From assembly GCA_000954095.1 (NCBI GenBank), contig JYNY01000232.1, positions 20,424 through 84,423 on the forward strand: a DNA stretch of 64,000 nucleotides. The letters are read 5' to 3'. Position numbers and translations under genes: made by a program. Below the pieces are notes generated by a model that was not told where the DNA came from, searched no databases, and saw nothing but the letters and a program-made list of their open reading frames with translations. The DNA is from Candidatus Omnitrophus magneticus (lineage in GTDB: Bacteria > Omnitrophota > Gorgyraeia > Tantalellales > Tantalellaceae). Shown here in pieces: positions 63,143-64,000 of the stretch; position 1 is the first letter of the stretch, and each line of letters starts with the position of its first letter.

Positions 63143-64000
63143 CAATCCTGTCCGATAAAACTATTTCACCAAAAAACTAGTTGAAATTCCTTAATTTTAA
63201 AATCAGAAATTCTGGCTGGTGTTGCGCTTAACAGATCTATCAATGTCAACCTTGATAATAATGCTTCTTTTATTATCCTATGCAAATAAAATAACGATTT
63301 TTCATATTTAGATTGGTATTTTATATATGTCAAAAGTAAATAATATATCATCGCTATCCAGACTTGACTCATCACCGCATTTTTACTTGTTCCCAAAAAT
63401 GTTTTTATTTGTAAATTCTGTTTTATCCATCTAAAAAATATTTCTATTTGCCATCTTGTTTTATATATTTGTACGATCGTTTTAGCTGACAGTTTAAAAT
63501 TGTTGGTAACAATACTAACTACTTCGTCACTTTTTTCATCTAAAAATCTTATCATTCTTAAATTCTTTTCATATTTTTTATTTTCTAGTTTTATTTTTTC
63601 ATCAGACAATATCCCGTCTTTCATTGCCTCTAGATGCTGTCCGAGAACTGTATATTTTAGATTGTTTTTTAATTTAGTCACAAAATAACTCTTAGAAAAG
63701 TCAATATTACTCCATAGTTCAAGGTCTGTATACGCACGGTCAAAACAATATATGCTGTCCGGTTTAATATTTAATTTATCCTTAGCTATTCTTATATCAG
63801 AAATATTCCCTTCAGTTATCACTGCAAAATCGGGAATATCTCCTGAATGATCAAATAAGCAGTGTATTTTTACAGCGCCTTTTTTAGTTCTGAATTTCGC
63901 CCATGAAAATGTAGCCAGACATACATCAATTGTGGAAGCGTCAATCGTATATAGCGGATTCTTAAAACGAAATTTATGTTTCGGAGTTAAATCTTTGCAT
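63143..64000 (-). mobile_element. IS4-family insertion sequence (copy B), runs off the right edge
   Basis: The terminus CAATCCTGTCCGATAAAAC at 63143 is shared with copy A at 59966. The transposase gene occupies the remainder. Confidence 0.85.
63166..64000 (-). CDS. IS4-family DDE transposase, C-terminal ~277 codons (5' end outside the window)
   Basis: The frame stays open upstream of the track Met all the way to the window edge (...NPLYTIDASTIDVCLATFSWAKFRTKKGAVKIHCLFDHSGDIPDFAVITEGN...). The Y-x2-R-x3-E-x6-K motif is present as YKTRWQIEIFFRWIK. Confidence 0.88.
   Translation of the reverse strand, partial: CKDLTPKHKFRFKNPLYTIDASTIDVCLATFSWAKFRTKKGAVKIHCLFDHSGDIPDFAVITEGNISDIRIAKDKLNIKPDSIYCFDRAYTDLELWSNIDFSKSYFVTKLKNNLKYTVLGQHLEAMKDGILSDEKIKLENKKYEKNLRMIRFLDEKSDEVVSIVTNNFKLSAKTIVQIYKTRWQIEIFFRWIKQNLQIKTFLGTSKNAVMSQVWIAMIYYLLLTYIKYQSKYEKSLFYLHRIIKEALLSRLTLIDLLSATPARISDFKIKEFQLVFW

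Noticed and set aside
62717-63184. 155-aa plus-strand ORF taken as an intact gene
   Set aside because: It is a chimera. It starts inside the IS21 terminal repeat, passes through an internal fragment of a DUF4143 ATPase gene, and ends inside the IS4 terminus.

Overview
Low-GC (about one-third G+C by eye), gene-dense bacterial chromosome segment, transcribed mostly from the minus strand. It has four parts. (1) 1-7.5 kb is a nonulosonic-acid-type sugar cluster: PIG-L deacetylase, formyltransferase-fold protein, NeuB-like synthase, glycosyltransferase-like protein, NeuD-like acetyltransferase, DegT aminotransferase and two SDR dehydratase/epimerases. Repeat-filled spacers break it twice. (2) 8-32 kb is an accessory-looking block of five very large envelope-associated proteins. 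These are an 870-aa tandem methyltransferase-fold protein, a 2523-aa giant with a PPDK-type dikinase module, a TMTC/PMT-like TPR protein, a 1501-aa protein with two GT9-like modules, and a 1568-aa subtilase fused to a GH-A-like barrel. Only era interrupts the block. Three of the five share a C-terminal region of about 175-220 aa that I cannot assign to a named domain; this is my best candidate for something undescribed. (3) 32-59.8 kb is housekeeping: gpmI, wecB, recR, dnaX, serS, valS, cimA, aspartate kinase, a Cpx-like two-component module, radC, tRNA-Phe, glgA and an RRM protein. It also holds an unannotated 32-codon lysine-rich ORF. (4) 59.9-64 kb is a nest of insertion sequences: two IS4-family ends, an IS256-family 5' fragment, a complete IS21-family element and a truncated DUF4143 ATPase gene. 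Long intergenic spacers throughout carry a mosaic of at least four short repeat families. One is an ATTCCC-N8-GGGAAT hairpin showing a compensatory stem change, and one copy of it has a 160-bp MITE-like insertion in its loop. No CRISPR array, rRNA or recognisable defence genes were seen. All calls come from reading motifs by eye; no searches were run.
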